Below the pieces are notes generated by a model. That model was given only the letters and a program-made list of their open reading frames with translations, was not told where the DNA came from and ran no database searches. Shown in pieces: positions 1-14,700 of a stretch of 64,000 nucleotides of DNA. Position numbers and translations under genes: made by a program. How positions within the stretch are numbered: the stretch's first letter is position 1; each line of letters starts with the position of its first letter. This DNA comes from Ptychomitrium polyphyllum (taxonomy: Eukaryota): NCBI GenBank assembly GCA_973851085.1, contig OZ316775.1, forward strand, positions 2,046,001-2,110,000. The letters run 5' to 3'.

Positions 1-600
1 CAAAGCTTGGAATGCTATGAAATAAAGCAACACAGAGAGCTATAGAGAACACAACAGTACACGGTACTGTCCTTGTACTTCCAGGCACGTCATAATATCA
101 ATCTTCTTGAAACTTGGTCCCTTTGAGCAATCCATTCGAAGTGTGAAACTCGTGTACTGATAACATAAAAAGAAAATATTCTTACCAACAACAGTTGATA
201 ATCCTTCCTTCCTTCCCTCCTGGTGGCCACCTTCAAGATGTAAGCCTCAATAATGATTCAAAGTACCTGATGTTGAAGCATCAATAATTGCACAGCAGTT
301 TCACAACTTGAATTAATAGTGCAAGAGCAATCAGCTGGACAGTACCTGCACAGAACTAGACTGGCTGCCAAGTTACTCCACATATATTGTTACGAAACTA
401 ACTCAATTCTATTCACAAATCCGTGTAATTTGAAACAATATTCAAGTTGATCACGAAGCCCTGCAAGTGAGCTAACCAGCCACTTCAAGCAAGACTAAGA
501 ATTATACCAAAGCCTACACTAGATCATCGATACAAGGGGCAATGTACAGAAATAATTTACAGACAGCAACACGATCTCTCTCTAATGTCTACATGTTGAA

Positions 601-1755
601 TTATTGAAAGATATCTTGCATGTCGTGCATGTCTTGCCACATGGACGACACGGTATCGCCCTCCTCATAGCCACTATTGGAGTATCCATTGGTGGGAGTG
701 CTGCCTTCCTCCTCAATAGTACTGGACCCATGTGGAGGCGAAGTTCCGTTCACCGGATGCCCGCCTCTCATATGATCCTGGTTGTTATTATTGTTCCAGG
801 CAGCAGGCTTGCCATTCATTTGAGGCCGGCTGTTCAACCCCAAGCGCAACAACATCGACGAATCATAACCTCCGCTCTTGGCTTGCAAAGTTGCTGAATC
901 ATCCGTCTTGGCACCCACTTGATCTTCTCCTCCACTTGCCTGTTTGGACTGCTCCCACATTCCTTGTTGATTCATCTGAGCCTGGTTCCCATTCCCGTTA
1001 TCCCCCTGAGATTGCATCACATGGTGATTTCCCCAAAACTCGGCCTTGACGCCACCACTACCTGGGTGGTTCTGATGCTCCAGTTGGGGCACCCCTAGAT
1101 CTGGATAAAAATCGCCACCCACTGCCTGGGCATGGGGATTCATAGCGCCATACATTGGCTGCATCACTGGAAATTCCTGCTGCGTACCAGGATTGTTAGA
1201 CAAGGGGTTGATATAGATTCCCTGCATAGACTGAGAGGACTGACCTATGGCTGGGTACGCACCCCCACCGAAGGGGCTCTGGGGAACGAAGCCGGGCAGC
1301 TGGGAGAAGTTGAAACCCGTCATGTCGTGGGGTTGAAGCGAGTGCTGGAAGGTGCCCAACTGGGGCGGAGCCATCCCCGGGGTGGCCAAGGCAAGCGGGG
1401 TGCCGGCCGGGCCGGTTCGAAGGTAGGGGTCCCCGCGCTGGTGACGGTTCTTCTTACGCGAGCCGCCGCCCACCGGGACGTTACGAAGCGTGCCGCCCAC
1501 AGTCCAGTAGCGCTGGCATTGGCGGCAGAAGTGGCGCGGCTGGTTGACACTGTAGTTGTTGTAGTAGCAGAACTTCGTGTTCATGGACTCGCAGCGCGGG
1601 CAAGGTAGAACCTTCTGCGGCTTCTCCCGCGTCGTTTTGGAGGGCGAGGATGGAGACGCTGGTGTTCCATCCACGCTCACTAACTTCCGGTTCTCGTTTA
1701 ACTTCTCTAGTGGTGTTCCCAAACTAGTGCCGTCCTTCGAAGCCGACAGATGCAT
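601..1755 (-). CDS. Dof-type C2C2 zinc-finger transcription factor, 384 aa, single coding exon
   Basis: Uninterrupted ORF with a canonical Dof domain [50 protein letters not shown] (~1453-1602), followed by a Q/G/N/P-rich low-complexity C-terminus. Probable 5'UTR intron 1769-1957 (GAG|GTGGGT ... CAG|GAAATC). Confidence 0.96.
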   Translation of the reverse strand: MHLSASKDGTSLGTPLEKLNENRKLVSVDGTPASPSSPSKTTREKPQKVLPCPRCESMNTKFCYYNNYSVNQPRHFCRQCQRYWTVGGTLRNVPVGGGSRKKNRHQRGDPYLRTGPAGTPLALATPGMAPPQLGTFQHSLQPHDMTGFNFSQLPGFVPQSPFGGGAYPAIGQSSQSMQGIYINPLSNNPGTQQEFPVMQPMYGAMNPHAQAVGGDFYPDLGVPQLEHQNHPGSGGVKAEFWGNHHVMQSQGDNGNGNQAQMNQQGMWEQSKQASGGEDQVGAKTDDSATLQAKSGGYDSSMLLRLGLNSRPQMNGKPAAWNNNNNQDHMRGGHPVNGTSPPHGSSTIEEEGSTPTNGYSNSGYEEGDTVSSMWQDMHDMQDIFQ

Positions 1756-2031
1756 GGTGCTAGATTTCCTGGTTTGGTATGAAATTAAATGGGATCACTG
1801 GTACCAAAGATGATCCCACTCGAGGTGATCCGCTATCACCCACGCTCCTGACTATCCAGCTCCCATCCCCAGTTAGGGCCCTAGAGGTATGAACTGGTAC
1901 CCCTTTCTTGTAGGAAAAATTTCCTGAATCCCCTGGTTCAGACCAAACGACACCCACCTCAGACTATCCACTGCCGCGTCACTACCCAACTAACACGAGC
2001 CGAAGAACTGCAGAATCGACCTACACGTACC

Positions 2032-2133
2032 AAGCTAACTAATGGTCACAGAATCTCCGAGCAACGGGAGCCAGCACAAGCTAACTAATGAACCCGGTCA
2101 CAGAATCTCCAAGCAACGGGAGCCAGCACAAGC
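2032..2133. repeat. Two-copy ~50-bp tandem duplication upstream of the Dof CDS
   Basis: AAGCTAACTAATG...GGTCACAGAATCTCC(g/a)AGCAACGGGAGCCAGCACAAGC occurs twice in tandem. Confidence 0.85.
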
Positions 2134-5100
2134 AAACACCCAACCCACGCAACCAGAACTAGTGAATCATAGACAATCTAGGTGCACTACACTAACTAAC
2201 TTCCCAAGCTCATCAGCAATCAAGCACTTCTTGTAACTTCCAAGCTACAACAAACTGAGAAGTTCGGAAACGCCACTACTAGTAGTGGTGCAAAGATGAA
2301 GAGACGAGGGAAGGGGTTGGGTGGGGTGGGGTGCGGATGGAGGATGGGGGATGGGGGATGGGGGATGAGTGGCTGCATGAGACCTAAGGACAGCAAGCTC
2401 ATGTGATGATGGCAGCCAGCGAGCGAGGAAGCGAGCAGCGTGACTGGAGAAGCTAACTTAGCTGGCTAGTGCTACTGCTAACGTAGTGCTGGGATGTGGT
2501 GCCGATGCTAGGCTGTGGTGTGGTGAGACCTGGGCTAGATGCGAGCAGTCGTGACGGGAATCAAACGGATGGGTGGGCCGCAGCACTGTCTTGACGGTGA
2601 ACGTGGACAGGTCCAGCACCGTGTAGGCGCAGGGCTATTGGCCCCTCACACTTGGGGCAGCCGGCTTATCCTCCGCCCCGCCTCCTCCAATCCTGGGGCT
2701 CCCTTTCCCTCCACTCGCCTGACTCCAGAGTCCAGCCCCTATTAGACTCCAGGCTCTTAGCCCTACTGTTGCAAGCACGCGTAGGCTTTGTAGCTGCCCA
2801 AGGGCCCATGACAATCCCATTTACTACTCGGCTCCCAATACATGAACACTGCACATATTACTCATACCGTACACGCCTGCCTGGTGTACAGTAGCGAACT
2901 GTAGCTGTGGACTTTGGGCACAGGGACTCAACGCATAAAATGCTTATTTCTGCGTATAATGTCATTTCCATGATGTGCATTGTTCTGTATAATGGAGCAT
3001 ACAGTTTGGTGAGCTGAAGTTTGGCTCTAGTGGATGGCACATTTAGGGGCATAGGTCTGGGCACTGCAGTAAGGCATATCTTTGCTCATCCTTGGGTGGA
3101 TCAATTTGTGTACCTAGTAATATTCCTCCACAGTAATATGTAATAATGTGTCAGAATGATTCTAGTTGGTGCCCTGTGGAAAATTTATTTATTGCTGGAT
3201 TATCAACATCATTGCTTAACAGAAATTGGAGGCCGTGTGTGTATTTTTGTAGTCACTTGTTTCCAAGGTGTTTGCTTGCAGGGTGTTTACACTGATCCAT
3301 GTCTACTTAAGCTAATGACAAAACAAGCTTTGAATTTGACCTGTGATTTCAAGTAGCTATACAAGTACTGTGGTGTGTCCATGATTCCATATGGAGGACC
3401 ACACACTTATTGCAGTGGTCCTTCCGCAAGTCAGGGTGTCATTAGAATCTATTATGGAACTGCTGTATTCAAGCACTTGATGGCTTACAATGCATTGGCC
3501 TTACTGGACGAAATTGGTATCTGGTGTTCACCATTAAAATCATACTGGAAAACCCAGTGGACACAGATATCAACACAAATATCAACTAGTACCTTTATAG
3601 AGGGGTAAAATTAAAGACTCTCTGTGATGACTACTAGTTGAGGGTCATTAAATGTTGAAGATTGTGTAAAACTGCAGTTTCCAGTTTATGCAAGGAGAAT
3701 GTTAAATTATAATTTGCAAATGAGAAATAGGCATCTGGTGTTTCACCCAGATGCCACTTCAAATAATGTATGTCGGTCACTCTTTCCAACCGAGTCTATT
3801 TCAAAACAAAATGAAACTGAAACAAAGAATAGTGTCTGTCGTTTGATCTTTACAAAAAGGAGAATTACATCGACAATAATAGTGAGTTGACTTTGCCCAG
3901 GTATTTTCAATATTTAGCTTACTCGTAAAAAGAAACCACCAAATCGCAGCGTATGCATTTACGACATCGGCACAATATAATATTCTTATTCAGATTTCAT
4001 TAGGAAGTCAACTTTAAAAATAGGCTAATCTAAAAAACTTAATAACTCATTTCCGTTCGAGGTGAACATCTGTGAAACAGCATACAGCACTGAGATCTGA
4101 AGCATTCGAATTCAGTAGGAGAGAAGTAGAATACAATATCAGAAATAAACCCAAATCCTACTGCTTAAAGATTTTCAAAGTTTATGATATCCTCAATTAA
4201 ATACCATCATTATCTGCTTGGGATATCTGCCCACTTTAATAGATCCATCCGAACCCCCTTGGAACAGCCTATCAGCAATTCGTATCAATGGGAACCAGGT
4301 ATAAAGAGAACGGCATTGGCCCACACCAATGCTCTGCAGCAGGCTGGTATTGAAGTGCTCAGCTTTTGGAGCAGCAGACCACTGGCACAACTGATAACAT
4401 AGATTCAGGAAAACAGAACCGCCCACACAAGACTCTCTAGCTGCTGCAGTCACTGCCAGGCCACCTGCAAACTTGTCTCGCTTGTCTGGCTTGTAAATGA
4501 AGTCCAACATGAAGAATCTAGAAGATGCCATGATCGGGGCCCAAAGGGTGGATGAAGCTCAAGGCAGAGGGCATCGGCAACACCAAGTAAGTTTGCGCTG
4601 TTTCTCGTCCATGCACAGTCTATGTGTGTGCAGTTGGGTGGGGCAGTTCGTTTCCCTGCACTTTCTAGTCCTCCTTCCACTCTGCTGCTTCGTGGAACTG
4701 TTCATTGTTCTGAATCGCAGACTGATTGGAGCGCTATAGAAAGTAGTCTAATCTTGGCTCTTTGGGACCTGGCTCCCGCCTCCGAATGTTAACGTAGGGG
4801 CCTAAAAGAGTACAGTCTCTGAGATGCTACAGTTTTCACAGTGGTTGGTGGGGCACTTCAGTGGGCCCTTCAAAGTTCAGCTCTGAATCTCATCACTCCC
4901 TTGCTCTGGGAAAAGAACGCTGCTCTTTTCCACAACCATTGCTCCTCATGCTTCCATTGGCTGCAATGCCACACCCTACACAGTTGTTGCATCCTTTGAC
5001 TGCTCTTCGCTGTTGGATCTGTATAGCATACATTCTTCCTGGTTTATTGAATTAAAAATCTTTGCAAGTCTTGTTTGATCAATCAGTGGAGCAAAGCCCA

Positions 5101-8100
5101 GATTAAATTTGGCCAGACAAGAGAGCCAAGCCATTCTACTTGACTTTTCTGAGTTATCTTATACAAGTCAGACAATTCATTCTTGGACTAACTTAGTTGC
5201 ATGTAAGTTAATGTCCAGATTTAGAGTACCCTGGCTGGATATTGAAAGTTGAAAGGTGGACTGAATGTGCATGTGGATAGGTTAGCCCTTTGACTCATGT
5301 AACTTCAACTGCAGATTATAAAACTCCACCACTTCATTTGCTACACATGCATGGTGCTTGTTTTGTTCAATTTCTCTATAAGCATTTTTTACCACATTTA
5401 TCCCTTGATTCATGGATTCCACAAGCCACCAAAGCCTAAGGTATTTTTGTTTGCTAATGTCAAGATCATGATATGCCTTGCTACATAACTTCCAAGTCAT
5501 ATTATGTATAATTGGTGCATACTACAAGCAAGCTCTGAGGTACTACTTGATAATCATTGTGCAAAGCAACTGATTCTCTTGTGCTCCATTCTGCAACTTT
5601 TAACTTATTTGTCTTTCTATGAAACAGTGTAGGGAAGTTGAGGGTTTGCCAGATGGGTGATGTGCAATACCACAATCCAGATGATCATGAATGAGTATTT
5701 TTTTTTCATTTGAAAGCCTTAGTAACAAATAAAATACAATCTATATAACAGGCAAGCACCCCAGCTTAACAAAGATGTTGTGTTCAAATGGCACCATGAC
5801 AAACAAGGGGATTGTAATTGAAATCAATTAAAAGCTGGAGATAAGAAAATACAGTATTTGGTTCCTCAAAGGTATAGGCTGAATACTCTCTTGTCCCATT
5901 ACTGTTGATGGCCTAATGAGACAAAACAATACTTAATATAAGTTACTCTCATAGTACAGTACTACTTGAAATCAGTCCTACTTGGAATCTACGATTCAAT
6001 CTGGATCCTTATGCAGGCTACTCCACATTTAGCACAACTAAAAAAGAAATTACAGATAACTGTGGACCTGCTGATGGTCCATGGAAGTGTCAATGACTTA
6101 TTTAATTATCATCTTCAACAAACCATGAGGAACATCAGGGCGGCCTTACACCTACTCCAATGGGAGACAAGAGAATGAAAAACATTTTGACGCAAGACAT
6201 AAGTATTTAATTAAAGGACTTGTTGTCGGATAGATATTAATTCTTTTAAAAATGATATCAAGCTAGGAAATGTCTACCCTTGTAGTTGACATTCCAAGAA
6301 CACTTTCAAAATATTTAATGGGAGAAGATTTTTCTTGCAATAATTGTTACTTGTAAGTGATCAATTCATTATCTAATACATTTTAAAATTACTTCTTTTG
6401 TAGCAATAGAATAAGGTGCAAGAGAACTAAACAATTCAACCAATTATATTACTAAAAATTTCTTTAAATATGACAAAAATATCTTCTTTTCTGGCAATAG
6501 GAAAAGGTTTAAGGGGATCTTTAGTGGATAAAAAGGATGGAGTTTAAGAATGAATGTTTAAAGGATATTCAAAAGTGAGTCTAAAATCAATATCGACAAA
6601 TTAGTAGTATTGGTCAATTCATATGACAAGTTACCAAATGAAGTTGGGAATTTTAGGAAAAAGTCAAGAAAAAATTCAAAGAAGTTTTTATTTGATATAA
6701 ACTAGAAAGAAAAGTTATAATGAATTGATGGGTAGTAATTGATTATGTTTGTCAAATTTTTTTGACTAAATAATTCAAATAACTCCTTGAATATTACCAA
6801 ATTAGATGTATCTAGCTTTTCTACAATGTAAGTGCTAGGGCTTCTTTCTTCTATTTAATAGGTTAACTATACTAACTCCTTATGAAGTATTCATTTAAAA
6901 ATTAAATCCTGTATGTAGAATCATAGTCATTTCTTTACTAGAATCATTTAAGGCATTAAAATGAATCTTTTTCATTTGAAATTTGCTAATAAGTTAAAAT
7001 CATTAAATCCAAATTTTTATTTTTATTTTTTGATTTCAAATTATAAATATTTAGTATTTTATTGCATTTACAAGTAAATACATATAATCATAAGGTCCAA
7101 AATCATTCCACTTTAAGATAATTGTATGAACTTGGATTCTTATATTTTTACGGTTATAAAGTTGATTATAAAGAATGAAGGTTGGATCAATTCTACAATT
7201 GTAGATGTGTTTTTCAAAATCAACATGCTAAATAAATATGTTGAGTAAAATACAAGCATAATCCATTCAAACATAGAATGGAAAATCTTATAAAAAAACA
7301 GTGTTGATCTTTCACAACCTTCATTCATTAAGAAATCTTTTTAGTGAACAAAAATAAGGTAAGAATCAACATTTTTCTTAGGAACCTATATTAGCCACCT
7401 AAAAGTGCACATTTTTCCAATTCATTAGTAGTCTAACCAAATCAAATCATTGCTTATTATTCAATGAAATGTTAGTCGTTTAATGGTGGCTAATCAATGG
7501 ATGAGACATGTATTTAAATAGCTCACTCTACTAACAAATAAATTAAGGGACTATGAGAATTTCTTAAACATTCACAAGGAAACATTTTAAAGAGTTTTGG
7601 TTTAAAACCACATTTCCTTTCTCATTCTAAGTTCTACAGTGCATATTTACAGTGATATGAAATTTATATATTTTTGTTTATACCTTAGGCCTGGACTCAT
7701 TTTTCAAATTTCTAACCAGCTGGTATGTTCAAGCCTTGGGTCAACCTTTTGTTGATCTTGAACTCTGTTGAATTCTGTCCAATTCAGAGCTTGTAGATGA
7801 GGTTGCAATCACTTGCAAAGTGTCCTGTAACAAGGACAAGATTATCAGTGTCTATCCTCAGACCATCTCCAACACAAGCCACCAAAAGAAGAGAAGAATG
7901 TGCGCCTTACTGAGTGAATAGTTCATGTGCTACTTTATTGCATAAATGGCCACCAAGGGGTACAACACCCCAAACCCCGAAATCAAGATGAATTATAAAA
8001 TGTGACTCTCATATGTTTGACAAGGTTTGAATGAAGAGAAACAGATTAAAAAATGATACATGGTAATTATTCATGTAAATGAACTTTCAAAGAATGGTTT

Positions 8101-10459
8101 ATGTTATGCTTTCATGTTATGAATTTTGAAGGATTCAACCGCAAAATTTTGCCAAAATTACGACTTTTGCTTTTAAGTACTTTAACTTTGAAATGAGTGG
8201 CTAAAACTATCTTCCCTATTATTATTGTTTTTGTTTGAACGTTTTAAATTATAAATGAGAGGATTGTAATTTTTTTTTTACAAATGATTAATTTCAGTAA
8301 TACTGAATTAACCTTAAATTATTTTAATAAAAAAATAAAATCTTATGTGAAATTCAACTTGGATCAAAATGGTATTTTTTCTCTAGTTTTTAAAAACCCT
8401 AATGAATCCTAGAATTTGATTATGACTATAAAATGGTCACTAAGTTATTTAGGTGTTAGATTCTTCCATTACAAGAACTTTGATTTTTAAATCTCAATTC
8501 ATTAAATTTTGTTATAGAAAACCTTGATATAGCTTAACATTTTATTTTTATGGAGCTATAATTAGAAATAATATTATTGGAATCATAGTAAAAAATACAT
8601 ATATAGTAACTTTGAGAAAATGCACACTTAGATAAATAATTATAATTTTTTTATTTTCCATATTTTCCAACTTCTGATTGATTACATTGAGAGCACTTTT
8701 GCCAAAACTAAAATTCGGACTTACTTATTTATGAATCGCACAGAATAAAAGAATTTAGTTTTACAAATTGTCCTTTTTTCAGCATTTGTAATCTTTTCGT
8801 ATAGTTTCCAAATACCACATCTAAAATGAATTGCAATTCTCTTTTCATGTTGGTATGATTCAATAAAAATATACATTTCACCAATAATAGCAATGTTCCA
8901 TTGCCTTAAAGCCATGGTATAGGTGTTATTACCTTGAAGATGTTTGTAACTTTTGAGGTGCCTAACATGAGTTAGAGACCCTCATCAAACTCGATGTCAA
9001 AATAGGAATCTCAATGACCGACCAAACTGTTTAAAACTGATGAGTAAGCAATGGAACCATGTTTTAATATCAACAACATCCTTGTCACTAGAAGAGAGAT
9101 ATTGAGGTGGTTTAACAAGTGCTTAGGAAATGCTGGAAGTGGATTGTACATCACACCAGTTTCTTTTCACAACGGAATTGGGACACTATTGCCCATAGTT
9201 TCTCCCTCCTAGGCTCCAGCAACTTATAGAATTTCTCCAACTCAATAGTACAATCAGCCAGAAACTGACATGTCAGCCTACCTTAGAGACAGATAAGACT
9301 CATGGTGACTAGACTCTGCAAACTTAGAAGCAGCCCAGGGACAAGGACAATGGCACATTCAAAGGATGGGGGCTACTACATCATTGACTAAGAGAGCCCA
9401 GCGCAGGTGTGCCACTTGACAAATATTGTAATGTTTTTCTAATTAAGAGTTAGTTAAAACGAACATTCTGTAGAACACACATTTCTCTTGCCAAGATACT
9501 CTTTCTGACAAACCATGTCCCAAAATTGGTCATCTATTTTGGAATGGGTTGTAGACAACCGTGCTTTGTGGAACAAAACTTTCAGATATGGAGCTCCCAA
9601 CTGCCAAGCTTGGATATATCTACCAGGTTTGACATGGCCCCGGCATGCCACTTTCTACATGCATCACAGCTACTCTAATAATACATCTTTAGAGCTCTCC
9701 AGGAGGCCCAGAGCCCCTCTGCGTGGGGAGTCCTTATCAGACTCCACTACACTATTTACTTGTGCTGAGCTTTGTGAATGATTGACAGTGTGGGGCGGGG
9801 AGCACTTATTCCGGGGAGGGCCAAAGACTCGGTCAAAGCAGTGCGTTTGGACTTGGGAAGCTGAGGTTGTTGGTGGGTCAGTTTCCATTAGCTGAAATGT
9901 CTGTGTATGGACCCAAGCCGAAATATGTGTATGCCCCTGAGTGCTAACTTCATGTTTGTACCAAGGCGGGTCATTCTGCACACGCAAGTAGGAACATTGA
10001 GACTGAAGTGATAAGTCTTGCAAGCTCCACATCATGTCTTTGCACGTCACCGGGTACAGTGGCCACAAAGTTGTTCAACAGCTCACCAAACACCAGAGGG
10101 TTGGAAACTATGCCAATACAACTGGTCCAGGTTTAAATGGGGCCAATGTGAAACCAAAATTGCTTATTATCTAAGCATCCACAACATTCTAGAACAATAT
10201 TATGTCTTGCATCAGCAAGTCATTGCCCTTGCTGGCAACTGACCAAGATTTGTATTTTCTTTACCCTTAGCAATTGCTCATAGTGGGTCAGTTTGTCAAC
10301 CAATGGCTGTTTTGGAAATTTAGTTGAACATGTGTTTCCACACATGAAGATCATGGAGAAACATGTGTCTGAAGTGTACAATTCAGAGAATTGAAGTTTG
10401 AAACTGAGTTCTATTGTAGTAGCCGACCAATATCATACCAAAGGGTGGTGGAATCATTC

Positions 10460-10493
10460 ATATATATATATATATATATATATTTATATTTAT
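10460..10493. repeat. (TA)n microsatellite
   Basis: atatatatatatatatatatatatttatatttatag. Confidence 0.9.
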
Positions 10494-11767
10494 AGATAAC
10501 CAAGAAATTATTTAAAATATTTACAACGACTAAAAGTATCAAAGAAATATTTCTTTGGGCCATTTTTGAACCAGATATCTAAAATATACAAAAATTTGTC
10601 GAAAATTGAGCAACTATTATTTAAAAGCTTCAAACAGTGATGTTTTATTCAATAAGACTCCAAGCCCATAATTGTTTTTGTGAGTGATTCTAGTGAGGGT
10701 TTAGATTCTTCCATTAATGCTTTATATATATCATATGTAACATTTTTTTTGCCCATATTCTTTTGAATTAACTTGAAACACATAGATTTGAATTTAAAAT
10801 AAAAATAAATAGAATTAATCATTTTTTGATCAAAATCTAATTGTGTTTATAGTGCATCCTATGTAATACGATACATACAAATTTATGTCAAAGAATGTAA
10901 TTTTATGTAGATTGAAAAAAATGCCAAATGGTAAATCATGTTGAACTCACAATAATTGTATTAGCAAATTTACATTCTTTTGAAAGTTTATTAGAGGTTT
11001 GTAAAAAAATTGAAATAACAATTGTAGAAATATTTTACTTCAGATTCCAAACAATAGTTGATATGGATTTCAATAATAATGAAACATTGCTACCAAAGGA
11101 ATTTTAAAGCTTTATTATTATAAGAGAACTTTCAATTGATTAAATAATATTTCTTTTACGTTATTTTCTAATGACCATATTGGATTCAATAAACTGGAAT
11201 TATGATTATAAAAAAAGAACTTCCACTTTTCAAGGAAAAAATATAAAGTTGTGAAATTTTTGTCCCTCCTACTCTGGTCCTTACCTAAGCCTAATAACAT
11301 AGAATTTTCAAGTAATGGAAATGGTCTAAAGCCAATAATATTACTACTCTAAAGCCAAGTATAACTTCAATAACATTTCATAATGTTAGAAAGCTAAAGC
11401 TTTGATGTTGCACTATTTTATTAACTTTCAAAATTTCACAAATTAGCAAATACTTCAAACTCTAAGCAGATTTCGATATCACTGTCTAAAATGCCAGACC
11501 TTAAGAACGTTATTCCAATATCATCTTGATTTATTTATTTAGAATTGCTTTTCCCAGAAACTGCTTTCCCTTTTTGCGGTTCTCCTTTTCCCCCTGATTT
11601 GTGAAAATAGAAATGACAATTTCATTGCAATTGGTAATCAATACAACGAGTCACTCCGCTACAACCTGACCACATTGACTATATTCCCCTGCTTTAATCT
11701 CTGACTATAGACGAGCCGCAAGGATTTTAAAATATTTAAGTCACGTCATAATCTACAAAATTAATTT

Positions 11768-14700
11768 CTATGATTGCCATGGATCATTTTCAGTAATAAC
11801 TTCAGAAGCCTCCACAACTTCAGAAGCAGTTTCCGGTGCACTTGAGGAAGCTTCCTCAGTTTGCTTCTCACCCTGCTCATCAACCTTCTCTTCTGCTCGT
11901 GCGTTGTTTTTTCCAGCCAAGGCCAGGCCCATCATTTCATACACACGTGCTCCAAATTCAGCTGGATTCTCAGGCTGTGCACATTACAGTCAAATTTCCT
12001 TAAGAAGCTGCATAGGAAACTTAACAGTAGACAAGAACCAGAGACCGGTTGAAACCTACTGCTATATTAGTATAGATTGAACTTCCCAAGAGTAACAGGT
12101 AGGAAACTAACTGGAGCAACATCAACAAAGCCCAACCAGTGTAAGATACAAGACTTACTGTAAAACCACTAGAGAGCAGAGCAGTCTCGTAGAGGAGGTT
12201 AGCCATTGCTTGAGCACGTGAACTCCTTGGAGTATCCTTGCATGCAAACTGCGAAAGGAAAAGAACCCGAACATGTAAGCCGTAAATAAATACAGAAACC
12301 AATAAATACATTCTTAAAAGTCTCATAGAATGAGAATGAGGTCATGACATAACAAGAAAGTCCCCAAAGGAAAGAATAATAGACATACATTTAAGTCCTG
12401 AATGATGGGATGATTGGGGTTAATTTCAAGAATACGGCGTCCTCTCATAAACTCCATTTGCGAGGTATCACCCAAAGTTTGCGCCTTCATGATTCTGAAA
12501 TGCAGGACGTAAAACAAACGCAGAAGTACATATCAGGAACATTAAACCAACTGAACCATGCGACTGTTCTACAAGAATTGGAACATGCAGTTGTAATCAT
12601 CCATCAACAATAGAAGGAACTAAAATGTGTCCAAAGTCCATACCTTGCATCCTCAACAATATGTTTGTATGTTTAAATGTAATATGCAAAATAGAATAAA
12701 GTGATTTGAATTGAATTTCCTTGTCTGAGATAATCTACAATACTTCGAAGTCAGATAATCAATACCTCCAAAATACAATTTCATTTTAGTACAATAAAAC
12801 AGCATCTTTACCTCTCCATGTTAGCAGACCATCCAAATTTTCCAGAAACAAGAACACAAGGCGAAGAGCTGATTCGCTTGGACACTGCAACCCTGGCAAC
12901 CTTATCACCAAGATTCTGCTTCATCCAGTCACACAATAATCTGTACTCCTTCTCAATCTCCTTTTCTTTATTTTCATCGACATCTCCTGGAATCCACAAA
13001 GATTACATTCAATCCAGTACAACGTAAGTGTTCTCAATATTCTTAGTAACATTCAAATCATCATTTCGACCAAGCTCTTCAATTTATAAAACTAAGCAAA
13101 TGTCCCATAACAAAAAGATATCCATGCGAATTACATAACTATCTCTTACCAAGCTCAAGATCTTCTTTGCTGATGTCTATAAACTTCTTATCTTTATAGG
13201 ATTGCAAGTTGGTAATGGCAACTTCGTCGATGGGTTCCACCAAGAATAGAACCTGAACAAGTTGGCACAAGTCTATAAATGTAAGTGTATAACCTTCCAA
13301 TAAGGCCATTTGAAAACCCGTTTCAATACACTACTATGAGGGTAGGATAATTCAAAGAATGTCACTTACGCAACAACATAAGGACCATGTTACTGGGATA
13401 ATCAAGGACCCACCTCAATATCTCTTTGAACAAGCTCTTCTAGGAAAGGTGCACTTTTAGCGCTCTTGACTGTATCAGCAGCCAAATAATAGATTGCTTT
13501 TTGATCTTCTTTCATGCCTTCCACATAATTGTCAAGACTGATCATTTCCTCTTCGTTTTTGCTAGAGTTGAATCTTAGAAGCGGCGCTAATCTCTTGTGA
13601 TTGGCAGTGTCCTCAATACACCCTAGTTTCATATTCTTTCCGTAACTACCCCAAAACTGCTTGTAATCCTAAATAACCAAAGAACAACGTATTATCGTCA
13701 GAACAACCAAACTCACAGAAGCTACCACTGAAATTTTTAAACAAACTAGCAGCCTAGCCAGCTGGGAAGAGTTAGGGCCCGTATAGATGACCAAAGGACT
13801 GTTAAACTAAATCTCCTTCACATATCCTATTTGTGCAACTTCGGATGCCCGCATTGCACATACTAAATTCGGTACACATTTTCTAAACTTTACCTCTTTC
13901 TTTTCACGGTTAGCAATTTCTTCAATCATATCAAATGTCTTCCTCACAAGTCGCTTCTTCATAATGCGAACCTGCAAAACAGCAAGAATTCATGACCATT
14001 AGCACACCTAATGGGGAGATAAGTACAAACAAAGGATGAATGCATACAGATTTGTAAGAATAGACTTTAGAATAAACGTTGCTTTGGCAGTGCCTTGGCT
14101 CCCTAATGTCATCTCAGAACAAACTGAAGAATAGAATTACTGAAAATTAAGAGTATGGAACAGATCAACTTCAATAATCATAACTACCTTTAAGAATGCA
14201 TACTGCATCTATAACGTATCCATTACTCTCAAAGATTTTCTTTTAATAGTTATTAACTGATCACCACACTCTAGACAAACATAGAAGGAAAGAAATACTT
14301 ACAATACGGCTCTCTTGAAGAATCTCACGAGAAACATTCAAAGGCAAATCATTTGAATCAACGACACCCTTCACGAAACCCAAATATCGTGGAAACTGCC
14401 AGACCATAACAACATGTCAGCATCAACAGGTACTGTAGTATCACGGTAAGAACATGTAAAAACACTAAATTCTATATTACAGGCTACTGTCAAGTGAAGA
14501 AACAGCAACTAATCACAACAAGGAGCACAAGAACTAAAGAACGCACATCAATTTCTTGTCATACAATCGCTAGAGAAAATCATCACACATGGTTCTGGTA
14601 GCTTACCAGTTCCCCGTCGAACTCATCTGAAATGAAAACTCTCTTCACATACAACCGGATATTCTTTGTCTTTCCACTAAGCATGTCTTCAGAGTTGAAT

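Noticed and set aside
604..1813. Several +-strand ORFs (97-158 aa) overlapping the Dof gene
   Set aside because: Antisense shadows of a GC-rich CDS; no recognisable motifs.
4193..4531. 112-aa minus-strand ORF (MASSRFFMLDF...)
   Set aside because: No recognisable domain or supporting exon structure; cannot be supported without a homology search.
5200..11500. AT-rich stretch with short protein-like fragments, possibly old DNA-transposon debris
   Set aside because: I could not identify diagnostic transposase motifs, TIRs or TSDs.
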